A stretch of 63,924 nt of DNA, counting the filler, from Craspedostauros australis (lineage: Eukaryota): assembly GCA_030167865.1 (NCBI GenBank). It is 16 parts of 16 records of this genome, joined end to end, with 100 filler letters (N's around TTAATTAATTAA, not from the genome) between each part and the next. Parts side by side here need not be neighbours in the genome. Positions count along the whole stretch, not along the records: positions 49,033 to 58,144 come from JALAGF010001484.1; positions 58,245 to 59,305 come from JALAGF010001485.1; positions 59,406 to 63,924 come from JALAGF010001486.1; 13 more parts are not named here. One strand, 5' to 3'. A program made the position numbers and the translations under genes. How positions within the stretch are numbered: position 1 is the first letter of the stretch; every line of letters begins with the position of its first letter. The notes beneath the pieces were generated by a model. The model did no database searches, was not told where the DNA came from, and was given only the letters and a program-made list of their open reading frames with translations. This document shows, piece by piece, positions 49,033 through 59,931 of the stretch.

Positions 49033-49523
49033 CATCACCAATGGAACGTGACATCTGGAGAGCAGAAGGACGCCTACTGACGTCAACAGGATGTCAACAT
49101 GTCACCACGTCGACAGTTGTCTCCAAGTCAGAGCAGGAGGCGAAGATCCGATGACCAAAGGACATCAAGATCATGAATACAGAAGGAGAAGTTCAAATGG
49201 TAAGTACTCATGGAGTAGGAACCAGTAGTGAATGAATGAAGTGTTGAATGCAGAGTACGCATTGAACACGGAGCATCGTGTAGCACAAGCTCACGATATT
49301 GAGAGAGAGAGAATACGAAGAGTGGCAAGAGAGCATCTTGCATACCAACTCATAGTTGGAGACTGAATCTACGAGACAGATTGAAGCGCCGAGAGCATCG
49401 GGCAAGAGAACGGGCGTACACCAAGAGGATCGGAGTAGCCAAGTAATGAAATAGCAAACAAACGACTATCAACCAACACCATCTTCCACGATCGTAGGCT
49501 TCCAATCACGGAACTTGCCAACA
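49033..49523. mobile_element. Third, more diverged copy of the 44607-family LTR
   Basis: Aligns to 44910-45409 and ends GGAACTTGCCAACA. Confidence 0.85.
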
Positions 49524-52427
49524 GTCATTGGATTCCATGTTTTGGGTTGGTATGTTGCTGCCATGGGACTGTGCACAGACACCAAAACCAGACCACCATC
49601 ATTGCAGTTGGCAAAGCTGACACCAATGGGCAAAGATGAGGGTGGTGCTAGTGTGACAGGCATAAATGAGATGAATCTGGAGGCAGTGGATGGTTGCTGC
49701 AAGGATAACAAACATGGAGCTGAGGGGGTAGGTCCCAGCATGGGGCCTTGCATCACCATGGTCATGGGAGGGAGAAGCTTGTTGGCCATGTTAGAGAATG
49801 TGTGTGAGTTGGGCACATGAGTTGTCCTGTTCAAGGTGGGGAAAGACAGCCATGGATACAGTTCTGGCTGCCTCTGTTATCATCCTGGTTTGGACCATTG
49901 TCTTGCTGGCTTCTGTATTCTGGACATTCACTCTTTGTTGGTTGCTTGTGGTTGGCTCCTGAATTTGGTTTTTGGTGTTGATGGGTAGGCTGTCTCTATG
50001 CTTGATGGGTGGATTTGTGGGTATGGTGGGTATTGTCCTGATGGGATTGCTGTTGGAGTCACGATGGAGCTGCGATGAATTTTTCTCTGCTGAGAGGGAA
50101 GGGAATGGCGTTTTGTCCAGCCCCTGGACGCCCAGGTGACCACTGGTATCCCCCGAGTGTAAATGTTGGTAGGTGGATACATGCAGAGGCCATTCAGATA
50201 GTGGTGGGAAAGCAGAGTAGTTTAGGACATCAGCATTTCCTTCAGTTGGTTCTCTCTCAGGTTTACTCACACTTGGGAGTTCGGAGTGCCCTCCTGAGCA
50301 TGTTTGGGCGTGTGGGTGAATGTGTTGATGTTTGTGCTTGCGAGTGTGTGATGTTGGATGTGGTGATGTGTACGGTCTGCGTCGTTTGTTGACATGAATG
50401 ATCACAACGTGACTTAGTCGGAGGGGTGAGCAATCGCTTGGACATGCACAAACTACACAGGAACAAGAAACCACAAAAACATCATACTCGTTCCCATTCA
50501 GCCGCGCAGGTGAATGTGTGTGCTATGTTGGTACGGCAAGATAACAGTTGGCAAACAATCCAGATCTATTATACACAGAAAATCAAAATCACGCAGAGTA
50601 GAATAGTAGGGTGCGAGTCGAGCATGCAGCGCACACGATGTTGTGACGAATGTAGAAGAGTATGATACGAGATCACTCAGCAAAAACATGCGGCGCAAAA
50701 AAGGAAGAGAAAGCGAGAATCGAACCGGAACAAAAGAATGTCGCAATGGTGTTTTCACAGTGGCCACAATGCATTGCTGCGACAGAGCATACAAACTTCA
50801 AATACCGTCGATTGCATTCGCACCCCGCAACCCAACCAGTGTCGCAAACACACACTTCGAAATGGATTGGCAAACGCTACGCTTCTGCAACCAAAACACA
50901 CGCGAAAATCAGCTCTGATCTGAACAAAACAGAATGAAGACGTCAATTCGAGCGTCTGTCCAACCACACGCAACTTTGGCGATACCACGCACCATGGAAC
51001 ATGTGACATCACACAGTACTTAACGAAAACAAGAACGACGTCATCGCAGGTTCGACTCCGATTAACGTTTGTAACGTTCAAACGAGCACACATTCTTGTT
51101 CTCCATCAAGCTTCCCATCAAGCAAAACACAAAGAAAGCGAAAATCAGATAGAAATGGGTTCCACGTGTCGTGACATGAGCCCCCCACAACTCAAAGTCT
51201 GTCCGCTTGCACCGTATTTTGCCTCTAAAACAGTAGATTGCCACCCTTATAATTTTATAACTAAGGCCTGGACTCACCATCTAACACCTGAATCATGTTG
51301 CCAGCATGATAAAGTATATAAATATAGGTTTTGATTTTTATGAGGGGCCGTACAAGCTTGGGCCAAATTGCATTCTGGATGGACCGCACCGCTTTTCGCT
51401 CACACGGGTCGTATGTTGGTGGTCCGTGCGGCAGGAACAGCGGAGGCGGCACGGTATCACTCCGCCTGATGCTTGCTGAACGTGTCAACTCATCCCCAAT
51501 ACGCAATGTGGTGTTGGTTGGATGTTGAGGACTCTTGTTGCCTGCACGGATGGTGATGATTGCAATGCGGTGGGATGGCAACCAACAAAGGAAGTCATGT
51601 CAGTGGCTTCATCTTTGTCCGAGGCATTGGTTCACACCTCAAGTTGGTGCTTGCGATGGTATGCGGACATGGGCCAGCGGTGTTGCAGATGCCACAATGA
51701 TGCAAGCAAGCGTTGGTCATGGTGCGCATGACGGTGGTGGTGATGACAACAGCTTCCTCTCTCTCTCTCTGTATCTCTGCCTCCGAAGACTTCCACGTTG
51801 TTTGCTTCGAGTTGATGTGGTGTTGGTTGTGGCTGGAGCCGAGTTGTTGGAGGCAGACCCAAGCCGCAAGACGGTTCAGACCAATGACAACACCCAACGA
51901 CCATTCCGAACCACCTTGTGTGCCACCATCAATGATCCCTCACATTCGTTGTGTTGCGACAGATGTCTTCTTCGGTGATCTTACCCATAGTCGAATCAGT
52001 CGAAGATTCTCATTTTCCACGATGCCGCGCGACAGCACTCTGCTGTGGTTGGAACGTGCTTCCTTCCTTCCTTCTTTCTTGTTGTTGCTCGCGCGCATTT
52101 TCGTGATGGATGGGAGCAGAAGCATCCAAGCCGCACAAACCAGAGAGGGTACGATCAAGAGGAGACAAACACAGACAAACAGAAGGAGGAGACACACCAC
52201 ACAACACCATACTCGAGCACATCAACAACAGACATCGCATTGCCACTCATATTCATCACACAGTGCATTGTACTCATACTAATACAAGCGAGTGCAGACA
52301 CCACGATCGACATCTCTGCCATAGGTAGCTCAGACGACACATTTCCTCGACAGCCAATCCAACGCCAATCGTTCAACGTTCAACGTTCAACGCCAATCGT
52401 CCAGCAACCATCGACCATCCTCTCAGA

Positions 52428-54036
52428 ATGCCGAATGTTACGAACGAACAACTCATTCATGCTGCCAACAGAGGCGACTTGTCGGTGTTGAAGGAATGGA
52501 AGAAGCAGAATGAAGGAGTTGATGTCAACTGCAAAGACAGCAATGGTTGGACTCCCCTCCATTGCGCATGCTTCAAGCGCGACCTGGAGTGTGTGAAGTG
52601 CCTCATCGAATCATGTGAGGCTAACATCAACTGCAAAGATTACTTTGGTTCCACTCCCCTTCATCACGCATGCCGCAACGGCCAGCTGGAGTGTGTGAAG
52701 TACCTCATTGAATCATGTGAGGCGAACGCCAACTGCAAAGACAACTATGGTTACACTCCCCTTCATTACGCATGCGACAAAGGCCAGCTGGAGTGCGTGG
52801 AGTACCTCACCAAATCAGGTGGAGCGAACATCAACTACCAAAACAACTATGGTTGGACTCCCCTTCATTACGCATGCCACAACGGCCACCTGGAGTGCGT
52901 GAAGTATCTCATCGAATCATGTGAGGCGAACATCAATTGCCAAAACAACAATGGTCTCACTCCCCTTCATTGGGCATGCCACAATGGCCACCTGGAGTGT
53001 ATCGAGTCCCTCATTAGAGGACTTTCGCCTTCAGTTCACCCACAACTGCAGCAACGCTTACAACAAAACGAACAAGCAAATGAACAACCACAAGAACAGT
53101 TGGGACAGCAGTTGAAGCCGAAGGAACAACAACAACAAGAACAGTTGAGCCAGTAGTTGAAGCGGAAGAAGCAAGAGAATGAACACAAACACAGTAGCCA
53201 CAAGAGGACCAACGTCAGCATTGGAGAAGACTGCCTCAGATCTTTCTAAACTGGGAATAGGGAAGACACCATCTTTTTGTGCGGCCAGGGCGACCAACAA
53301 CCAATCAAGGCAAATACCAAGTCCTCAGGATCACTGCCCCATCCAATGAGACATTTATCGGCCCTGGAATCCAACATCAGTATGCAAATGATGGCACCAA
53401 AGACAGTGAGGCCCCATCCAAACAACCATCTCTCTTCCCAACCTTCAACCAAACCATGTCCGATACGTCCTCCAATGCATCTACACAGCCGAGATATCCT
53501 TCAATGACAGCGCTCGTGACAACGCCGCCGCTCATGTCGGCGCTCACTCCAACTCTCACCACGATACAGATGCCTCTCACCAGCCAACTCCCATCCTCAC
53601 TGGACAGGATGATCTGCACCAGCTGATCCTTGTGGCCAACAAATTCGGCTTCTGGCGACTCAAGCTTGTTCTTGAAGCGGAGTTGGCCCGCAAGCATCTC
53701 ACAGAGGACAGCATGATAGATGTGTTGATATTCGCTGATCAACACAACTGCGTGGTGTTGAAGGATGCAGCGATGAGAATGGTTGCTGAAAGTGAGAAAG
53801 ATGCGTTCAGTCATCTAGATTTAGGCAAACTGATTCCACACCGTCAACTGATGAGAGGCATTCTTGTCCTTTGCAGTGGGCGAGCGGAGAGTGATGGTGT
53901 TGATGATGAGTACAGTCGTATGTCCATGATGGAGCTGTACACGGTTATAGGTGAGGATGAAGGTACAGCACAAGTGGATTCATATATGGATCGGGCGACA
54001 TTGGTGATCTTCGTCCGCTCTGTGAGAACCAATTGA
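52428..54036 (+). pseudogene. Ankyrin-repeat + coiled-coil + BTB/POZ (SPOP-like C-terminal helices) gene, disrupted
   Basis: Five to six ankyrin repeats (GxTPLHxAC). In-frame TAG at 53154 where the preceding repeat has CAG. BTB start DTIFLCG…IKAN with a frameshift, then LILVANKFGFWRLKLVLE…LIFADQHNCVVLKDAAM. Confidence 0.8.
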
Positions 54037-54249
54037 TCCGAAGTGATTGAGGTGGACGGCGCTGCCGAGGAAGAGGAGTGAAGTATTGTAGTTCACTCCA
54101 GCAAAGGCGCTTGAGAAGCGAACGCTTCATGCAGTGGAGTAGCGCAGATGACAAAGTCTGAGCAATCAGATATTCTCTACATTACTTTTTTCAAGAGAGC
54201 CTTCAGACTCGTATGTCGTGAGACCTGTACGAGTAGTCACGGTGCAAGG

Positions 54250-54685
54250 AGATGACGAGTGATCAATCCGATGCCGCATCGCACATGCCGAGTCATGCGT
54301 CAATTCAACGCCGACTCTCGTGTTGAGTGAAAAGACGGAAGTTGGTTTGCGCGCGACGAAGGTGCACAGATTGCAGAAGTGCCAGGACGATGATGATTCT
54401 CATGGCAGCATGGCGCGCAATCCAGACTTTTTGAATCCACGACACGATGGACAGCAAGCCAGCACTACATTAAAACTAAAGCTAATATAAATTGAACTTC
54501 GATATTCAGAATCAATGATAGTCAGGTGTCTGAATGCACTATTTATTTTTAATTGTAAATGATGAGTTGTTGAGATGTAGCATGATAAGCCATTGTTTGG
54601 ATGGTGTTGGTCGTGCTCTAGATTAGTCTATTTGGACACAACACCTCACCCACAAAGCTCTACAACAAGTGTTATCGTGATACCG
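54250..54685 (+). repeat. Distant family A terminal arm
   Basis: Shares GAATCCAC..CAGCAA, TTTTAATTGTAA, GTTGAGAT, CACCCACAAA and GTTATCG, in order, with 3580-3995. Confidence 0.65.
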
Positions 54686-54899
54686 TTTTACATCGGAGAC
54701 AGGACATCGAGCACCTCATCTTTTCATTGGGTTCACAGCAAAAACAGAGCTCTATCATAATTGGTGGTATTGGACTTGTTTGATGCTTCTGGGTCGCTGC
54801 TGCCGTTGTCGTTGCTGCTATTTTCACTGAAACAAAAAATGGACATACACAGAGAGAATTGCACATAAATGCTTGTGTGAAGGAAGACAAAGCCCATGG

Positions 54900-56834
54900 C
54901 TACATGACCACGCAGGCACAGCCCTCATCTTGCGCATTGCTCTCCCTTTTTCTCTTTTCCTCCTTTTTCCTTCTCCTTCTTTCTCGCAATTCAGCTTGCG
55001 ATAGCGGGGTTGCGTCTGGCGTTGATGCTGGCGTTTGCTTCGGTGATTCCGCAGGCATTGTGTCTGGAGCAGGCACTGGAGCAGAAGCAGGTGCTGGTGC
55101 GGGTGATTCCGCAGGCGTTTTTTCTGGAGCAGGCACTGGAGCAGGTGCAGGGGCCGGCTTGGACACAACCGGCGGTGCTTTCACTGCTGGTTTCGGTTGA
55201 GTCTGGACATTTTCCTTATCGTGTACCGCCGGCGCTGGTGTCGGTTTCTTCATTTGATACTTGTAGATTTTCTTTGGCGACGACGGCGGCTCGGAATCTG
55301 CTGGCTGCTTGGTTGGGGACGGCGGCTTCCATCGGTTGGGCGTCGGCTTCAAATCTGCTGGCGGCGTGGTCCGGGACGGCGGCTTCCATTGGTTGGGCGT
55401 CGACGTATTCGCATAGATCTTGCGCCCGAACGGATTATCGTTGTTCTGCTTCTGCTTGCGACGATGCTCCTCCTCCTTCTGAATGGCCAATTCCGCCACG
55501 CGCGCCTTATCGGGATTCTGCTTGCGTTCCTCCCGCTCTTCCTTGTAGGCCATGGTTTGGAATGGATTCGGATTCTCGCACCATCGACACGGGCACTTTT
55601 GCAGCACGCGCAGTTCGGCATTGTGCTTGCCGAGTCGCAACGTGCGTTCGCGCGCCATCGTCGCTGCCAGGCTTCCGAGCTGGTTGCCCGCCACGTTGGT
55701 GCTGCTGGATGGCGCGCCGTGGTTGGACGTCGGTTTGAGCTCGAACTGTGGCAGCTTCTGCGTGGGCAGCTTGACGTCCTTGGCCGTTTTGTAGTTGAGG
55801 AACTCCAGCGCCTGCTCCAGCTCCCACTCCTTATCCTTATCCTGCTCCTTGGACTTTTTCTGCAAGAATTCGTCAATGAGGAACTGCTGACGCGCTATCC
55901 TGCGTCCCTTCTTGTCGAAGTGGTTGGAATGGTCGATGCCGTCTTTTTCGCGGAAGGCGCTCTTGACCTTCTTCGGTTCCTCGACGTAGTTGGTGGTCTC
56001 GACGGCCTTGAGGCGCTTCGTCACTCCCAACGAAGCAGCCTGCTTGACGATGGTGTTGTGCGCAGACCGGAAGTAGTGCTTGCGCAGATCCGCGGGACCG
56101 CCCCAAGTGTCGTCGTCCTTCGACTTGAGATGCGACTTTTCGACAGCAACCGCTTCCACCACCTTCTCCCTGCCTTTGACGAGGAACCGGCCGAGCCCCG
56201 CCGCCTCGTCGGCAATGGAGAGCAGGGGAACGGGCCTCTCCGCCTCGGGCTGCGGCTTGGCCTCGGGCTGCTCGCTCATGTGCTGGACGCCCGTCTCCTC
56301 GATGCGGTCCGTGCGCTTGTTCGCAGCATCCGCGATCATGGCCGCCATGTTGCTGAGGCCCATGCCGTTCTCGGGCGGCGCCGCGTCGTCGGAATCGTCC
56401 ACAATGTGCGCCGTGTGGGATCGTATGCTCTCGTAGGCGTCCACGTCCGTGCGCATGGTCTCGTCGTGGGCAACGTCCGTGCGCATGGTCTCGTCCATGC
56501 CGATGTCCGTGCGCATGGTCTCGTTGTCCATCGTCTCGCGGTCGTCGATGTCGTCGTCGTTGATATCCTCGTCCGTGTCGATCATGCCGTCGACGCTGCC
56601 GTCCGCGTACGTGTCGATGTTGGTGTCGCCGTGCGAGTTGCCGTTGCCGCCGGAGTCATCGTCGATGTCGTCGTCCTCGTACATCTCCTCCTCCACCAGC
56701 TCGTCCTCCAGGATCTCCTCCTCCAGGATCTCCTCCTCTTCGTAGATCTCCTCGTCCTCGTTCAGTTCCTCCTCCTCCGGTTCCGCCCTCTTGGCTGCGC
56801 CGCCGTTTGCTTGGAGTGCAGCTCGGCCGTACAT
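54900..56834 (-). CDS. Low-complexity protein with acidic N-terminus, CxCxxC motif, Pro-rich tail and C-terminal CaaX box (GCACVVM*)
   Basis: 644-codon ORF with strong GC3 bias. ETMRTD repeats, CPCRWC, duplicated PNxWKPPS, polybasic stretch before CVVM. Confidence 0.8.
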   Translation of the reverse strand: MYGRAALQANGGAAKRAEPEEEELNEDEEIYEEEEILEEEILEDELVEEEMYEDDDIDDDSGGNGNSHGDTNIDTYADGSVDGMIDTDEDINDDDIDDRETMDNETMRTDIGMDETMRTDVAHDETMRTDVDAYESIRSHTAHIVDDSDDAAPPENGMGLSNMAAMIADAANKRTDRIEETGVQHMSEQPEAKPQPEAERPVPLLSIADEAAGLGRFLVKGREKVVEAVAVEKSHLKSKDDDTWGGPADLRKHYFRSAHNTIVKQAASLGVTKRLKAVETTNYVEEPKKVKSAFREKDGIDHSNHFDKKGRRIARQQFLIDEFLQKKSKEQDKDKEWELEQALEFLNYKTAKDVKLPTQKLPQFELKPTSNHGAPSSSTNVAGNQLGSLAATMARERTLRLGKHNAELRVLQKCPCRWCENPNPFQTMAYKEEREERKQNPDKARVAELAIQKEEEHRRKQKQNNDNPFGRKIYANTSTPNQWKPPSRTTPPADLKPTPNRWKPPSPTKQPADSEPPSSPKKIYKYQMKKPTPAPAVHDKENVQTQPKPAVKAPPVVSKPAPAPAPVPAPEKTPAESPAPAPASAPVPAPDTMPAESPKQTPASTPDATPLSQAELRERRRRKKEEKRKRESNAQDEGCACVVM

Positions 56835-57900
56835 GCTTTCTTGCGTGTTCTCCGGTCGTTGTCGTCGTTGTCGTCGTTGTCGTAGCCGTTGTCGTTTTTG
56901 TGGCAGCTATGATAACAACAGCTGCAGCCGAGATACGGGTAGATCGTGCTTCTACGATGGCAGAGCTAAGATCGCTTCTCGTGTTTTTCCTTCTTCCTCC
57001 TTGCTTCTTGCTTCTTGGTGTTGCCTCGTTTTTGTGTCTTGTCTGGTGCGGTCACAACGAATAGCGTGGCAGCACACGGCCGAGGATTCGAACCACAGCG
57101 GAAAAGACAGTCACGCAAAATGACTCAATCATAGATTTGTTCGAGTCATTCAGTGGTATCGACTGTGTGGTACTTCGTTTGAGGAGATGGGGTAAAATAC
57201 ACGTAATTGTTGAAATGTGTGCAATTATTTTGTCGCCATCGTCACGGCAAGGCTCATTGGTGCGCGGCAAGACTCATCAGCGCGCAGCGAAGCACGTTTT
57301 CAGTGATGTCATTGACTCTCCTCTCCTCTGCAGACAAGCAATCCATTCCGCCTGCTACTGCCTCCACATTGCTGCCACACATACCCCCATGGCAGCCATG
57401 GCCATCAGCATCGTTGTGCAACATCAGAGAGGCTGGGGATGACAGTCCACGGATCAGAAGTAACACGATTCATTGCTTGGTGCCGGTCCGATGACGGCAT
57501 CGTTTACGAACATGGTACCCAGGATGTTATCGTGCTCGCCAACGAAGAGCAGCCTCAGCGAATCAAACGGGAAGTTTCCACACGATTTGGCGGCGGTGCT
57601 CGACTTTATGCCGGTATCACATCGCATCCAAACAATGCCGCATCGTGAGGGCGCGAACCGCGGCAACGTGGAGTCGAGTTGAGCACGTCCCGCGCCCACC
57701 ATCTGGCGAGATCACTGAATTTATGGTCTCTTCTGGGGCTTCCGGTAAAACGGACTATCGGACTAACGGACAACAACACAATTGCTTTTACGGACATTTG
57801 CAGCCATGAATGCGAGTTATTTAGTCGCGGTTTGGATGTCGTCTCCGACAGTTTTTAGTTTCAATCCGTGATTGAAATGTCTCTCAGCTGCAGCGAAACA

Positions 57901-58075
57901 AAACGTGCCCTAATTTAGGGCACGTGTTGAAAAGGTGCCCTATTTAGAGCACGTTTTGAAAAGATGCCCTATTTAGGGCACGTTTTGAAAAGATGCCCTA
58001 TTTAGAGCACGTTTTGAAAAGGTGCCCTATTTAGAGCACGTTTTGAAAAGATGCCCTATTTAGGGCACGTTTTCA
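57901..58075. repeat. Six tandem 29-30-bp palindromic units (AAAGRTGCCCTATTTAGRGCACGTTTTGA)
   Basis: Each unit holds the inverted repeat GTGCCCTA/TAGGGCAC. No spacers. Confidence 0.92.
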
Positions 58076-58244
58076 CAGTAGCCCAGAAGCGTGGGGCACA
58101 TCTCGAGGAAGCATCTTTGGAGAGTGATGTCCTGCAATCAGCGTNNNNNNNNNNNNNNNNNNNNNNNNNNNNNNNNNNNNNNNNNNNNTTAATTAATTAA
58201 NNNNNNNNNNNNNNNNNNNNNNNNNNNNNNNNNNNNNNNNNNNN

Positions 58245-59305
58245 ACATGTGATGACCATTGCCCCAAGCAGTGACATCCCCTTCTTCCCCCAATATTCTT
58301 GTTGGGCTTCGCCTTGGCCTGTTGGTAGGATTTTTTGCTTATGGTCGAGTACCACATAGGCTCTTTCAGGCTTTTCATTGAGCTGCGATTGATAAAAGGC
58401 GATTTGTCGGAATTGAACTTTTGCACACACTTTGTGAGCCATGTAGTTAACAATTTCGTTGGCGAATCCCGGCGCCGCTGCAAGCATTGATTGCAATTCG
58501 TCATTGTGTTCTTTGAGTTCGTTGTCCTTAAGCATTTCGACAAAAGGAACAAAACGATCATTCACAAATCGCATTGCTGCTCCACAACGGTTGCATACTT
58601 TACGTGGTTGTTCGCTTGCAGTGGTGGGAGAAGTGTCATTTGTGACAGTGGTTTTCTTCTTGCTCTTGTGCTTGTTGGTGCGTGGTTTGCGTTGGTTGGT
58701 TGATGTGGCTGCTCCCTTCTTCGCCTTTTTGGTGGTGAGAGCGAACGTGGCCGAACGCATTGGATCGTCGCACTGAAGCTGCATGTGGGAGGCGGTGAAC
58801 TCCCATTTGAGGAACACAACAAGCAGTTCGAGCGCATGCAAGAGAGAATCGGCTGTGCGCACATGCTGTGTGATGACATCATCGGGCTCATCGTTCTGGT
58901 GCTGATACTTGTCATTGGCATCCACAGTGGCATCGTTTTGCTCCTCCCCATCTGCTTCATACTTAGCCTTCAGTAGGTCTACTAGGCGCGAAATTGCCTG
59001 TTTGAGTTTCTCCGTTGCCATCCAGAAGTAGCTTTCGAAGGAAGAGAGGCCTGTCTTGATCTTGCTTTTGCGTGTGAGGAGGTGGGTCATGGTGGTGAAA
59101 GCAGGCATCCCAACCGGAGTATTGGTAGTGGAAGAGTACATGTCGAATAATTCTTGGATGGTGGTGCTGCCACGATCGAACACCGGGACATTCTCAAATT
59201 CAATTCCACCATACTGTACCATGTGACTTAACCCTGCCTTGTATGTTGTTGTTGTCATGAGGAAGGACACCACGCCAGACAGGTCGCAAGCACGCACGCG
59301 ATACT
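58245..59305 (-). mobile_element. Sola3-like DDE transposase fragment, truncated at both ends
   Basis: VVLDHKQKILP..GEAQQEYWGKKGMSLLG resembles the D(W/F)xMKxLP..E.Q..W.GKxG motif I associate with Sola3. CNRC upstream. Superfamily assignment is from memory. Confidence 0.6.
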
Positions 59306-59424
59306 NNNNNNNNNNNNNNNNNNNNNNNNNNNNNNNNNNNNNNNNNNNNTTAATTAATTAANNNNNNNNNNNNNNNNNNNNNNNNNNNNNNNNNNNNNNN
59401 NNNNNTTGGTTGTAGGACGACAGG

Positions 59425-59915
59425 TGTTATGAGACAAACAGATTAGCACCTCTTCTTTGCATTGTTGTCATCGCGCCATATTGCGGATGGCACACATCTT
59501 TCCTGCATTTAGTGCGGTTCACAACCATCTCGAATTGCTCTTTCACTCGACAATTCCTCCATGATGTTGCGTGTTGTTTCGGTCTGTTCATCGCACATTC
59601 CCGTGTTGTTTCTTCATCAATTTCTTTTGAGATTCGCATCAACATTAAAAGTTTCATTCTTCTGTAGACTTCAGTACTAAGTCATTGTTCTTCTCTTGAC
59701 ACGAAGATTCCACGTCAGNATNGGAATCTTCTTCATACCACGTCACATGGTCGTCTTGGTCACCTTTTGTTGTTTTCCTCCTTGAGTCACGAGTTNTGAG
59801 TCACGAGTTCTGAGTCACGAGTTCACAGTCTCACATTTTCTCGTTTGGTCGTCACCGACACACACATCAGTGTCACGGTGATTGGAGCGAAGCACTGAAC
59901 ACACACATTTCGACA
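59425..59915 (-). mobile_element. 3' LTR of the Copia element, preceded by a polypurine tract (59916-59923)
   Basis: Minus strand reads AGGAAGGG then TGTCGAAATG, just after the pol stop. Probable end ...CATAACA at 59425 (distal end less certain). Internal (TGAGTCACGAGTTC)x3. Confidence 0.75.
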
Positions 59916-59931
59916 CCCTTCCTGCGTCGCT

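Noticed and set aside
53154..53156. Programmed stop-codon readthrough in the ankyrin gene
   Set aside because: A further stop and a frameshift follow, which fits pseudogenisation better.
55197..56885. 562-aa plus-strand ORF (also 8846-9697, 16555-17166, 42973-43839)
   Set aside because: Antisense shadows of GC3-rich real ORFs.
57130..57650. Small spliced gene divergent from the CaaX gene
   Set aside because: Short ORFs with no motif, and splice sites could not be fixed.
57901..58075. CRISPR array
   Set aside because: Units are contiguous with no unique spacers, there are no cas genes, and the context is eukaryotic. The same applies to 6720-6852.
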